Assembly: GCA_040389905.1 (NCBI GenBank)
Contig: JAZJZK010000045.1
Location: 1 to 47,009 of the forward strand
Origin: Gemmatimonadota bacterium
GTDB lineage: Bacteria > Gemmatimonadota > Gemmatimonadetes > Gemmatimonadales > Gemmatimonadaceae
Direction of reading: 5' to 3'
Length of the DNA stretch: 47,009 nucleotides
Below the pieces are notes generated by a model. The model was not told the DNA's origin. It was given only the letters and a program-made list of their open reading frames with translations, and searched no databases. The stretch's first letter is position 1. Each line of letters begins with the position of its first letter. Both the position numbers and the translations under genes were made by a program. Of the stretch, positions 35,476 to 44,752 are shown in pieces.

Positions 35476-36189
35476 TCAAGGCACATCCATCGTGCGGAGC
35501 CGACGGATGGAGAGCATCAAAAACCCGCCGATCACGACGGCTGACGTAATCACCGCCGCCGTCGTGCCGAGATGATGGCTCGATTCGAAGCGCCGCGTAT
35601 CCATCGCGTGCATCAGGGCGATCGCGTAGTAGCGAATACTCAACAAACGAACGCCCGAGACGAACCCTGAGAAGAATCCTTCCCAGAGCACGATGTACAA
35701 CAGGCCGAGTCCGATGGCCTGCGTACTCACGAGGCCGAGCCACACGAAGAGCGACGCGTACATCGCCACGCCGGCGATCGCCGACAGGGTGACCGCGATC
35801 GTGGCCGTTGTGTCGCCGATGAAAGCAATGTGGGCCGTCAACAGTGCGCTGATCGCAATGAAAGGCCCGGCGACCGTGATCGTCGCAAGGAGCTTCGGCA
35901 GCGCAATGCGCCAGCGCGGGATGGGTGTGAGCGTGAGATTCGCCAGGGTGCGATCCTCGAGCTCATTGCCGAATGCCGCCGCGGCGATTGCGAGCACGAC
36001 CAGCGGCGCAATGGATCCGCTGAGCATGGCGCTGAGGATCGCCGTTTCGAACTGGTCCACCGACGGTGCCGTGCTGTCGTTCAACATCAGGAAGGCGATG
36101 ACGACCGGCATGGCGGCGAGCACCGTCATGATCGACAGCCGCCACCGGCCGGACAACTGGCGCAGGGTGAGGCGATAAACCGAAAGCAT
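35476..36189 (-). CDS. ABC-2-type transporter permease
   Basis: About 6 TM segments; E.EDRTL..L..TPI.RW motif; in an operon with ABC ATPases. Confidence 0.85.
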   Translation of the reverse strand: MLSVYRLTLRQLSGRWRLSIMTVLAAMPVVIAFLMLNDSTAPSVDQFETAILSAMLSGSIAPLVVLAIAAAAFGNELEDRTLANLTLTPIPRWRIALPKLLATITVAGPFIAISALLTAHIAFIGDTTATIAVTLSAIAGVAMYASLFVWLGLVSTQAIGLGLLYIVLWEGFFSGFVSGVRLLSIRYYAIALMHAMDTRRFESSHHLGTTAAVITSAVVIGGFLMLSIRRLRTMDVP

Positions 36190-36192
36190 GCG

Positions 36193-37122
36193 CTAGTTCT
36201 CCACGAGGTAACCAAAGACGCTTTCCAGCGAGTCGTCGAGCGGCTCGACCCGCCGCAAGCTGATCGATTGCGACTGCGCGAGGCGCGGAAGCTCGATCTG
36301 GAGGTCGAGCACGTTGCGGCTCAGGACGATGACTGCCCCGTCGGGATCGACATGCACGGCGTCGACGGAATCGAGCTGGACGATCGCCCCCGCAAGTCTG
36401 CGCGGTGCATCGCAGATGATGCGAACATGGTACGGACGCTGATTGAGTGCGGCGCGAATCGCGCGAAAGCCGCCCGACGCCGCAAGTTTTCCGTTGACGA
36501 TGAGCAATACCGTGTCCGCGACCTGCTCCACTTCCTCGAGAATGTGCGAGGAGAGTACGATAGTCCGGCCCTGGGCGGCCAGCGTCTGCAGCAGATGCTT
36601 GAAGTGCACGCGCTGCCGCGGATCCGCGCCATTGAGTGGCTCGTCCAGGATGAGGATATCCGGGTCGTGCACCAGCGTCGCTGCGAGCCGCATGCGCTGT
36701 CGCATCCCTCTCGAATAGGTCTCCATCGAACGGTTCTGCGCTTCGGCCATGTCCACGAACTCAATCGCGCGATCGATGGCGGCCTCGAGATCGGGGACGC
36801 CGCGCAACTCGCCCATCATGCGAACGAACTCACGGCCCTTCATGAAGCCGTACACCGTTTCGTGTTCCGACATCACGCCGATGCGCCGATACAGCGGCGG
36901 ATTGTCGCGCACCGGCTGGCCGAAAATCGTGACGCTCCCAACGGACGTGGCGGCCAACCCGGTCATCATGCGAAGCAGCGTTGTCTTGCCGGCGCCGTTT
37001 GGGCCCAGCAGGCCGGTAATGCCGGGCATCACGTCGAACGACACGTCGCTCACGGCGACAACGCTCCCGAACCAGCGCGAGACGCCGGCGACCCGAATGA
37101 CGGGTTCTGCGTGACCGGTCAT
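36193..37122 (-). CDS. ABC transporter ATP-binding protein
   Basis: GPNGAGKTT, YSRGMRQR, LILDEP, SSH; start 37122 from the ATGA overlap. Confidence 0.92.
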   Translation of the reverse strand: MTGHAEPVIRVAGVSRWFGSVVAVSDVSFDVMPGITGLLGPNGAGKTTLLRMMTGLAATSVGSVTIFGQPVRDNPPLYRRIGVMSEHETVYGFMKGREFVRMMGELRGVPDLEAAIDRAIEFVDMAEAQNRSMETYSRGMRQRMRLAATLVHDPDILILDEPLNGADPRQRVHFKHLLQTLAAQGRTIVLSSHILEEVEQVADTVLLIVNGKLAASGGFRAIRAALNQRPYHVRIICDAPRRLAGAIVQLDSVDAVHVDPDGAVIVLSRNVLDLQIELPRLAQSQSISLRRVEPLDDSLESVFGYLVEN

Positions 37123-38015
37123 GGTGTCATCCTCCGGTACCGCGCCCACAGCACGCCGCCTGGCACGATCGTCCACAGGAAGAACCACGCGATGCGAGTC
37201 CAGCGGGCGAGATGACGTGCGGGAGCCTCGCTGGTGATTTCGCTGACGACCCCGAAGATGATGTCATTCACGTGCACCGGGATGTTCGTGAGGTTGAACA
37301 TCGAGATCCATTGACCCGCTTTGCCACCGACCTCCTGGGCGAGCCCCACGGTGAATGGCGTGGTGATGATGAACAGTCCAACGAGAAAGACAGAGGCATA
37401 GGCTCGTCGCGACGTAAACGAGGCCGTGAGCATCGCGAGCGTCGTGGTATACGTCGCCATCACGAAGCCTGCGGTGAGAAAGTGCGGGATGTCGCGCCAA
37501 TGCAGCTTGAAGTAGTCCAGCGGAATTGGATCGCCCCCGCAGAGGCCGAGGAACAGGATGATCTGTGGTAGCCAGGCGGCTACGGTCATCACCGTGAGGA
37601 ACGCCGCCCAGCGGGAGATGATGTAGTCCGATCCCGTCAGCGGTCGCACGAGATACAGGTTGATCACGCGATCGCGCTTGTCGCGGCATAACAATTCCGG
37701 CCCAACGATGGCGGCGAACACGAACATGATGATCGACGCGATACCGTAGTAATCGGAATGCGAAGGAAGGTTGGCCTTCGCTGCCGCGCCGGGACCGCCC
37801 AATCGTTCAGCCGCCCCGGCAACGAGTGCCATGATCAGCGCGATGAACGACAGTACGAAAATGAAGAACCAGGGCAGGATCAGCGCGCGGCCACCGCGTC
37901 CAAGCCCCAGCGCCGCGCGGAGACCATCCTTGTAGACGGCCTTTCTCGCTCGGCCGCGTCCTTCGCGGGCGCCCGTATAGCGCTGATACCCGATGTCGAA
38001 GACGGTGCCGGTCAT
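37119..38015 (-). CDS. ABC transporter permease
   Basis: FDIGYQRY, D.RD.VI.LYL.RPL...DY; several TM segments; ATGA overlaps at both ends. Confidence 0.85.
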   Translation of the reverse strand: MTGTVFDIGYQRYTGAREGRGRARKAVYKDGLRAALGLGRGGRALILPWFFIFVLSFIALIMALVAGAAERLGGPGAAAKANLPSHSDYYGIASIIMFVFAAIVGPELLCRDKRDRVINLYLVRPLTGSDYIISRWAAFLTVMTVAAWLPQIILFLGLCGGDPIPLDYFKLHWRDIPHFLTAGFVMATYTTTLAMLTASFTSRRAYASVFLVGLFIITTPFTVGLAQEVGGKAGQWISMFNLTNIPVHVNDIIFGVVSEITSEAPARHLARWTRIAWFFLWTIVPGGVLWARYRRMTP

Positions 38016-38929
38016 TTCGGTGCCCGCTCGAACAGCTCGGTCAATTCGCGTCGGCGGGGTGCCATTCGACGCAGCGGCGCCTCCGCCTCGACCAGTGCAT
38101 CGCGTACGAGCTCGTACACCGATTCGTCCGAGCCCTGAATCGTCATGCCGCCACCGGCCGCCGTGACGACGACGCCCCGTCGCTCGAGTGCGGTCACGAG
38201 GCTCTCGCGGTTCGTATCCACTTCAATGAAGACGGTCTCCGTTTCCTTCGTGAAGTGCGCAACGTCCCCCGAATGCACCAGTCGTCCTCCCTGCAGAACG
38301 ATGATGCGGTCGCAGGTGCGCTCGACGTCCGCCATGAGATGCGATGAAAACAGCACGCTGATGCCGAATTCGCGATGCGTTTTCCTGATGAGCGCGAGCA
38401 TCTCCTCTCGGCCGGCGGGGTCGAGTCCGGCCGTCGGCTCGTCGAGAAAGACAAAAACTGGATCGTGCACGAGTGCCTGGCAGAGCTTCACGCGCTGCTT
38501 CATTCCCGTCGAGTATCCGCCGATGGCGCGGTAGCGCTCCTCGAACAGCCCAGCGTGACGCAGTGTGTCGGCGGCGCGCGTTCTCGCCATATCGGGTGGG
38601 AGTCCGCTCACCTCCGCCATGTGCGTGAGGAATTCGGCCGCGCTCACCTGGCTCGGCAGGCAATCGTGCTCCGGCATGTAGCCGACGCGCGCACGAATGG
38701 CGATATCACTCGATGCGGTTTGCCCGAGGACGCTCGCCGTGCCCGACGTTGGCTCGAGCAGCCCGAGGAGAATCTTGATGATCGTGCTCTTTCCGGCTCC
38801 GTTTTCGCCGAGTATGCCAGTGATGCCATCGGTGATCGTGAAGCTGATGTCGTCGAGTGCGAGCACGTTCTTGTAGCGCTTGGTCACGTGCTCGACGGCG
38901 AGCAGTGCTTCTAAGTGTGCACCTCGCAT
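38012..38929 (-). CDS. ABC transporter ATP-binding protein
   Basis: GENGAGKST, YSTGMKQR, FLDEPT, SSH; start 38929 from the TGATG overlap with the Sel1 gene. Confidence 0.92.
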   Translation of the reverse strand: MRGAHLEALLAVEHVTKRYKNVLALDDISFTITDGITGILGENGAGKSTIIKILLGLLEPTSGTASVLGQTASSDIAIRARVGYMPEHDCLPSQVSAAEFLTHMAEVSGLPPDMARTRAADTLRHAGLFEERYRAIGGYSTGMKQRVKLCQALVHDPVFVFLDEPTAGLDPAGREEMLALIRKTHREFGISVLFSSHLMADVERTCDRIIVLQGGRLVHSGDVAHFTKETETVFIEVDTNRESLVTALERRGVVVTAAGGGMTIQGSDESVYELVRDALVEAEAPLRRMAPRRRELTELFERAPK

Positions 38930-39876
38930 CAGGCCCCCTTCGGTTTCGCGCATGACTCGACATGGCCGTACTCACAGGCGCGCTTCCGAAATTCCCTGGC
39001 CCGATCTTCACTGCGCCGTACTCCCGCTCCCTTCTCATAGAGCATCGACAGCTTTGCACAGGACTCACCGTCGCGCTCATCGCACGTGTCGCGATACAGT
39101 TCCGCCGCGCGCGTGTAGTTCTGCTCCACGCCCTGTCCAACCTCGAAACTCGCGGCAAGCTGAAAGCACCCAGTTGGTTCGCGCTTGTCGCAGGCGCCTC
39201 TGAACAGCTTGACCGCGGTGGAGTCATTGTGAGGGACGCCGGAGCCTGCGGCATGCAAGCGGCCAAGACCCACACAGCCGAGCTGGACCTTCTCATCACA
39301 CGATTTTGTCAGGAGCGTGGCGGCGCGCTGGAAGTCCTGCGCAACGCCTTCGCCGGCGCTGTAGAGCGCGCCCAGATGCGCACAGCCGGCCATTTGTCCC
39401 CCGTCGCACGCTTGCTGAAAGAGTGTGGCAGCGCGCGCTGCGTCTCGTGGCACGCCGGCGCCCTTCTGATAGAGCACCGCCAACCGGGTGCAACCGTCCA
39501 TCGCGCGAAGCTCACATCCGCGGCCGAGCAGCTTGAGCGCGCGCGCGGAGTCGCGTTTCACGCCATTTCCGCGTTGCAGCATTTCGCCGAGACTGGCGCA
39601 GCCGTCGCCGACGCCGGCGGTGCAGGTCTGCTCGAACAGCCCCGCGGCACGCTTGGGGTCCTTCAGGACGTATTCACCCTTCTGAAGCTTGGCCGCGAAC
39701 TTGTTGCAATCGGTGGATATTCCCGATTCGCAACTATCGCGGAGTCGCTTGGCCTCTTGCGTGCCGGGACGGCACGCCGAGAGCGCGAGGCAGACTATGG
39801 AAAAGAGAATGAATTCGGAAGGCCGGCGCCACGTCGGTTTGGACGTGGCGCGGCAAGGGAGGGCAACGCTTGGCAT
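38929..39876 (-). CDS. Cys-rich Sel1-like (Hcp-type) repeat protein, probable lipoprotein
   Basis: About seven C..LG.(L/M)...G.GV..D..RA..L....C repeats; LSAC lipobox; start uncertain. Confidence 0.85.
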   Translation of the reverse strand: MPSVALPCRATSKPTWRRPSEFILFSIVCLALSACRPGTQEAKRLRDSCESGISTDCNKFAAKLQKGEYVLKDPKRAAGLFEQTCTAGVGDGCASLGEMLQRGNGVKRDSARALKLLGRGCELRAMDGCTRLAVLYQKGAGVPRDAARAATLFQQACDGGQMAGCAHLGALYSAGEGVAQDFQRAATLLTKSCDEKVQLGCVGLGRLHAAGSGVPHNDSTAVKLFRGACDKREPTGCFQLAASFEVGQGVEQNYTRAAELYRDTCDERDGESCAKLSMLYEKGAGVRRSEDRAREFRKRACEYGHVESCAKPKGA

Positions 39877-39939
39877 TCCGGTTGATACGGCGGGCCGACG
39901 CGGAAGTTTCGGGTCCGAAAAATGATAGCGTTCCGGTCT

Positions 39940-41067
39940 TCATCCCTCGCCGAACAAGCGTCCACGAACGCGGCGGGCCATTCGCAGCAAGTGGACCCCG
40001 GCGCTGCCCAACCAGCGTTCGTCGATCGAGCGCAGGCGTTTGCGACGCTCGTGCTTGGCCAACAAGGCGGCGATCGCGCGCGCGTGGTGATTCTGACCAC
40101 GTGACTGCGCAAGCGCGAGATTCTCGCGCCAGAAACCGACGACGAGCAGATTCTCCAGACGAAGGGAGCGTAGGGCGCCAGGGTCGAAGGGCGGAAGCAT
40201 CTTGCTCTCGGTGGCAAGACTGGCGAGCGCGCTCATCGTGCGGAGGCACTTTTCGCAGACGCCGCAGTTGTACGCTGCGGAACGATTACACACGCGGAGG
40301 GAATCGAGCCCGATCCTCGTTGCGGCAATGAGTTGCGTCTTGTCCGCACGAGACGCCGCGCCGTCGTGAATCACGAAAGTTGTGTCCGTGCTGAGCAGGG
40401 GATCTATGAGGGGATGCGTTCCCCACGGGAACGGGTTCCGATACGAGCTTCCCGACGGAACGATCAGGCGTTCGTAGCCCAGTGGTATGGCCGCACCGAT
40501 CAGAATTGCGCCGTAGTTGATATTGCGGTTGCACTGGAATCGTTTCTTGGCATCGGTGTCGATGCACACGAGACGCTTGCCAGCGTCAGCAGCAAAGCGG
40601 GCCATCGCCTCGACGGCCAGCTTCCACCGCTCTGTCTCATCGTGTGCGATTTCGAGTCCACGACACAGAATGAGGTCGTCGATCTCTTCACGATGCCGGA
40701 TAAAGGTATAGAGGCTATCGACACCCCCACTGAAGAAGCACCCGACACGCGTGCCGGGTGTGGACGATTGCGTCGCCGCAGGCGCATCGATCTTCACAAG
40801 GTGAAGATGCGGCCACCAGTCGACGTACACGTCCTGATACGTCGCGAGACCCCACAATAGTCGGGCCGATACTGGAATGTCTGGTGAGACGTGTAGCGTT
40901 TCTCCACGCTCCATGGCGCGGCCAAGTGCGATCGCAACGAACGCATCCCCATTTGAGACGAGCGGCATCGACTCGCTGTACCGAAGCGTCACGCGCTCGG
41001 TGTCAATGTTCGCGCTGATCTCAGCACCTCCAGCAGAGGCGCGCACGCGCAGATCGTGGATGAGCAT
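39940..41067 (-). CDS. QueC-like PP-loop ATPase-family protein (paralog A)
   Basis: FFSGGVDS PP-loop; C-x7-C-x2-C-x2-C (VCNRSAAYNCGVCEKC); extra N-terminal domain of about 105 aa. Confidence 0.7.
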   Translation of the reverse strand: MLIHDLRVRASAGGAEISANIDTERVTLRYSESMPLVSNGDAFVAIALGRAMERGETLHVSPDIPVSARLLWGLATYQDVYVDWWPHLHLVKIDAPAATQSSTPGTRVGCFFSGGVDSLYTFIRHREEIDDLILCRGLEIAHDETERWKLAVEAMARFAADAGKRLVCIDTDAKKRFQCNRNINYGAILIGAAIPLGYERLIVPSGSSYRNPFPWGTHPLIDPLLSTDTTFVIHDGAASRADKTQLIAATRIGLDSLRVCNRSAAYNCGVCEKCLRTMSALASLATESKMLPPFDPGALRSLRLENLLVVGFWRENLALAQSRGQNHHARAIAALLAKHERRKRLRSIDERWLGSAGVHLLRMARRVRGRLFGEG

Positions 41068-41075
41068 CGGTGCGA

Positions 41076-42203
41076 CTACACGTCTTTCGCCCGGGAGCGA
41101 AGATCTCGCGCACCTCGAAGCAGGCCTAGACCCGCACCGCCAAGCCAGCGCTGATCGATCGAGCGCAGCGCTTCGCGCCGCTCGAACCTCGACAGGAGCT
41201 TGGAGATCGCGCGCGCGTGCCGAGGTTGGTTGCGAGATCGCGCCAGCGTCAGGATCTCTTTCCAGAAGGCATCATCGACCCAGCCCTCGAGGCGCAGGCT
41301 GCGCAGGGCGAGAGGAGTGTACGGTGGAAACGCGGCACTCTTGGCGCCGAGTATCGCCAGCACGCTCATCGTACGCAGGCACTTCTCGCACTTGCCGCAG
41401 TTGTACAGGCTGTAGACGTTGCAGACCCGCAGGGACCCGAGCCCGATGCCAGCCTCCACGATGAACTCCGTCTTGGCCGTGCGAGCCGTTGCGCCATCGT
41501 GAACGATGTCCGTCGTCGCCGTGCCGAGGAGTGGATCCGTGAGCGGATGCGTGCCCCACGGCACGAGGTCCCGATAGGTAATGTGTGAGGAGGGGACGAT
41601 CACCCGCGCGTAGCCCAGTGGAAGTGCGGTGCTGATCAGCAGCGCACCATAGTTGCTCGACGTGTAATTCCGGTATCGCTTCTTGGCGTCCGTTTCGATG
41701 CACACGAGTCGCTTGCCGATTCCAGCGGCGAACGACTTCACGGTGTCGACGGTACGATCCCACCGCTCCGACTCATCTGGGGCGATGTCGAGGCCGCGAC
41801 ACAGGATGAGATCGTCGATCTCCGGCAAGTGCCGGACGACGGAGTACATGCTGTCCACCCCGCCGCTAAAGAAGCAGGCAACGCGTTTGCTGGCGTCAAC
41901 CGACTCGACCGCTGTTGGCGCGTCGATTTCTATGATGTGCAGGTGCGGCCACCAGGCGACGTAGATCTCCTGATAGATCCTCAGCGACCCGAGGAGCCGT
42001 CGCGAGACGGGGATGTCCAGCGCAACGCGCAGCGTCTCTCCACGCGCCATGGCCGTCACGAGCGCGATCGCGACGAACGCATCACCCATCGCCACCAACG
42101 GATCGGGGACGCTGAAGCGCAGCGTCACCCGCTCGGCGTCGAGGGAGGCGCTGATTTCGGAGCCTCCGTTTTCGTAGGTGCAGCGCAGATCGTGGATCAG
42201 CAT
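41076..42203 (-). CDS. QueC-like PP-loop ATPase-family protein (paralog B)
   Basis: FFSGGVDS; VCNVYSLYNCGKCEKC; colinear 375-aa paralog of the neighbouring gene. Confidence 0.7.
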   Translation of the reverse strand: MLIHDLRCTYENGGSEISASLDAERVTLRFSVPDPLVAMGDAFVAIALVTAMARGETLRVALDIPVSRRLLGSLRIYQEIYVAWWPHLHIIEIDAPTAVESVDASKRVACFFSGGVDSMYSVVRHLPEIDDLILCRGLDIAPDESERWDRTVDTVKSFAAGIGKRLVCIETDAKKRYRNYTSSNYGALLISTALPLGYARVIVPSSHITYRDLVPWGTHPLTDPLLGTATTDIVHDGATARTAKTEFIVEAGIGLGSLRVCNVYSLYNCGKCEKCLRTMSVLAILGAKSAAFPPYTPLALRSLRLEGWVDDAFWKEILTLARSRNQPRHARAISKLLSRFERREALRSIDQRWLGGAGLGLLRGARDLRSRAKDV

Positions 42204-42286
42204 GGTTCAGAGCAACTTGACCCTCGGCATGTTCTCGCGCCAGCGTACAGACTTCCGTCGCCACGCGAGATTCGGCAGCATTGAGG

Positions 42287-44425
42287 ATGATCAGCCAACG
42301 AGGCAGGTTCATTCAGGGTGCGCTCGCACTTACGGCAACGCTCGGCGCGTGCATTCCGGCATTGCGCCGCACCCGGCCGACGGACGCAACGTGGCGCGTG
42401 ACCGGCGGCGACGCCTGGAACTCCCGTTATTCAACGCTCGACCAGATCAATCGCGATAACGTCGCGAGCCTCGGTGTCGCGTGGACCTACCACACCGGCG
42501 AAGGGACGTCGGGAGGGCAGATTCAGGCGACGCCGGTTGTTGTGCACGATGTCCTCTATTCGACCACGGGCGCTGGGCGGGCGTTTGCGATTGATGCTGC
42601 GACGGGGAAAGAGCTCTGGCGCTTCGATCCCTATGCTGGACGTCGTCCGGAAGTGAGCGCCAACCGCGGTGTCGTCTACTGGGAGAGTGGTGACGATCGG
42701 CGAATCCTCTTTACGGCCGCGTCGCGACTCTATGCGCTCGATGCGGCGACTGGTCTTCCGAAGTCCGGTTTTGGAATGGGAGGGTGGATCGACCTGGCAA
42801 AAGGACTCGGTCGTGACGGCGCCGGCCAATCTGTCGTGGCCACGAGTCCCGGAATGATTTACGGCGACATACTCATCCAGGGCACACGCGTCGGCGAGGC
42901 TGATGGCGCGGCACCCGGCCATGTGCGCGCTTTCGACGTTCGCACCGGTGCGGTGCGGTGGATCTTCCATACCATTCCACAACCTGGCGAAGCAGGATAC
43001 GAGAGCTGGCCAACCGACGCGTGGCGGACGGTTGGCGGTGCGAACTCGTGGGCGGGCATGGCGCTGGATGCGGCGCGCGGTGTGGTGTACGTGCCGACGG
43101 GATCGGCAACACCGGATTTCTACGGTGGTGCGCGCGTCGGCGCGAACCTGTTTGCCAATTCGCTCCTCGCGCTCGATGCGTCAACCGGGCGACGCCTCTG
43201 GCATTTCCAGACCGTGCACCACGATATCCTCGATCGCGATCTGGCGGCAGCGCCGAATCTTCTGACCGTCGTTCACGATGGGAAGCGCATCGACGCCGTT
43301 GCGCAAATCGCAAAGTCGGGACTGGTCTTTCTGTTCGACCGCGTCACCGGCGCGCCGCTCTTTCCGATCGAGGAACGCGCTGTGCCCGCGACGGACGTGC
43401 CGGGCGAAGTATCGTGGTCCACGCAACCATTCCCAGTCAAACCCGCGCCATTCGCGCGACAACGCATCTCGGAAGCGGACCTGACCGACATCTCCCCAGA
43501 GGCGAACGCCGCGGTGCGTGCGCGTTTGCGAACGCTGCGAAACGATGGGCCATTCACGCCGCCGAGCCTTCGCGGATCTGTCGTGTTTCCGGGTTTCGAT
43601 GGTGGCGGGGAGTGGGGCGGTGCCGCTGCGGATCTCGAGACCGGTGTGCTGTACGTGAACGCCAGCGATGTGCCATGGATCGCTGCGCTCGTTCCGGTGG
43701 CGGTGGCCTCGGCGGGCGGTAACACGCCGCGCAGCGGGGCGGCGGTGTTCGCCGCGGCGTGCGCGTCCTGCCACGGCGTCGATCGTCGCGGTGACGGCGA
43801 TCGCGTGTCATCGCTGCTCGATGTACGCGCGCGCCTCTCGGCGTTGCAGATTCGCGACGTGATCGTGCGAGGGCGTGGGTTCATGCCGGGGTTCGCGACG
43901 CTTCCGGCCGCCGAGCGCGACGCAGTGACCGACTATCTGCTTGGCGTTCAGTCGACGGCGGCGCGCTCAGGACCGGACACGATACCCGTGGTCGCGCGCG
44001 CACCATTCCGGCTGCGTGGTTACGAGCGTTGGAAGGATCCGAGCGGCAATCCGGCGGTGAGGCCGCCCTGGGGCACGCTCAACGCGATCGATCTCAACAC
44101 GGGCGACTATCTCTGGAAGATTCCGCTCGGGAGCATGCCGGGTATTGTGCGCGACGGCATGGCTCCGACCGGTACCGAGCAGTATGGCGGGCCTGTGGTT
44201 ACGCGCGGAGGACTGGTCTTCATCGCCGCAACGCAGGATGGAAAGTTCCGCGCGTTCGACAACAGAACGGGAACGCGGCTGTGGGAAACAACGCTCCCCG
44301 CGGCGGGTTATGCGACTCCGGCAACGTACATGGTTGCGGGTCGGCAATATGTCGTGGTGGCGGCGGGTGGTGGGAAGCTCGGCACGCCGGTGAGCGATTC
44401 GTATGTAGCGTTCGCGTTACCGTAG
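42287..44425 (+). CDS. PQQ-dependent dehydrogenase (glucose/quinate/shikimate-like) with inserted c-type cytochrome, predicted lipoprotein
   Basis: SRYS.LDQINRDNV..L..AW.YHTG, WHFQTVHHD..DRD, GGEWGG, CASCH heme motif, PPWGTL.AIDL, ATPATY; lipobox LGAC. Confidence 0.88.
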   Translation: MISQRGRFIQGALALTATLGACIPALRRTRPTDATWRVTGGDAWNSRYSTLDQINRDNVASLGVAWTYHTGEGTSGGQIQATPVVVHDVLYSTTGAGRAFAIDAATGKELWRFDPYAGRRPEVSANRGVVYWESGDDRRILFTAASRLYALDAATGLPKSGFGMGGWIDLAKGLGRDGAGQSVVATSPGMIYGDILIQGTRVGEADGAAPGHVRAFDVRTGAVRWIFHTIPQPGEAGYESWPTDAWRTVGGANSWAGMALDAARGVVYVPTGSATPDFYGGARVGANLFANSLLALDASTGRRLWHFQTVHHDILDRDLAAAPNLLTVVHDGKRIDAVAQIAKSGLVFLFDRVTGAPLFPIEERAVPATDVPGEVSWSTQPFPVKPAPFARQRISEADLTDISPEANAAVRARLRTLRNDGPFTPPSLRGSVVFPGFDGGGEWGGAAADLETGVLYVNASDVPWIAALVPVAVASAGGNTPRSGAAVFAAACASCHGVDRRGDGDRVSSLLDVRARLSALQIRDVIVRGRGFMPGFATLPAAERDAVTDYLLGVQSTAARSGPDTIPVVARAPFRLRGYERWKDPSGNPAVRPPWGTLNAIDLNTGDYLWKIPLGSMPGIVRDGMAPTGTEQYGGPVVTRGGLVFIAATQDGKFRAFDNRTGTRLWETTLPAAGYATPATYMVAGRQYVVVAAGGGKLGTPVSDSYVAFALP

Positions 44426-44470
44426 TTTTGGCACGTGGCGAGGCTGGTGGCACGAAGGTCGTCGCGAATC

Positions 44471-44585
44471 ACCGCGGAGGACGCAGAGGAGCGGAGGAAC
44501 GCATAGGAACTGCAACTGAAGGTGCAGGCCCTTCGCGTTGCTCCCTTCGTCGCTTGCGCTCCTGGAGGGCAGGCAGGCGACAAAA
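44471..44585. repeat. Composite intergenic repeat (accgcggaggacgcagag unit plus REP-like arm)
   Basis: 44471-44488 matches the family at 64-82, 268-281 and 372-388; 44521-44543 matches the right arm of the 33744-33827 element. Confidence 0.65.
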
Positions 44586-44752
44586 CAAGCGGGGCCAACG
44601 CAGGCGCTGTTGCGCTTCTGTTCCTCGGCGGGCGTGGTATGCAGCAACGGCTCGTGAGACAAGCTCGAGAGGCAAATAGTATCATATGGCAGGCGTCATC
44701 AGGCAATACTCCCGACTTTACCGGCTGAGTCCAGGGACGAGGTATCGCATCC

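Noticed and set aside
39940..42203. Naming these genes queC or qatC
   Set aside because: They are much longer than QueC, duplicated, and lack que or qat neighbours; only superfamily motifs are supported.
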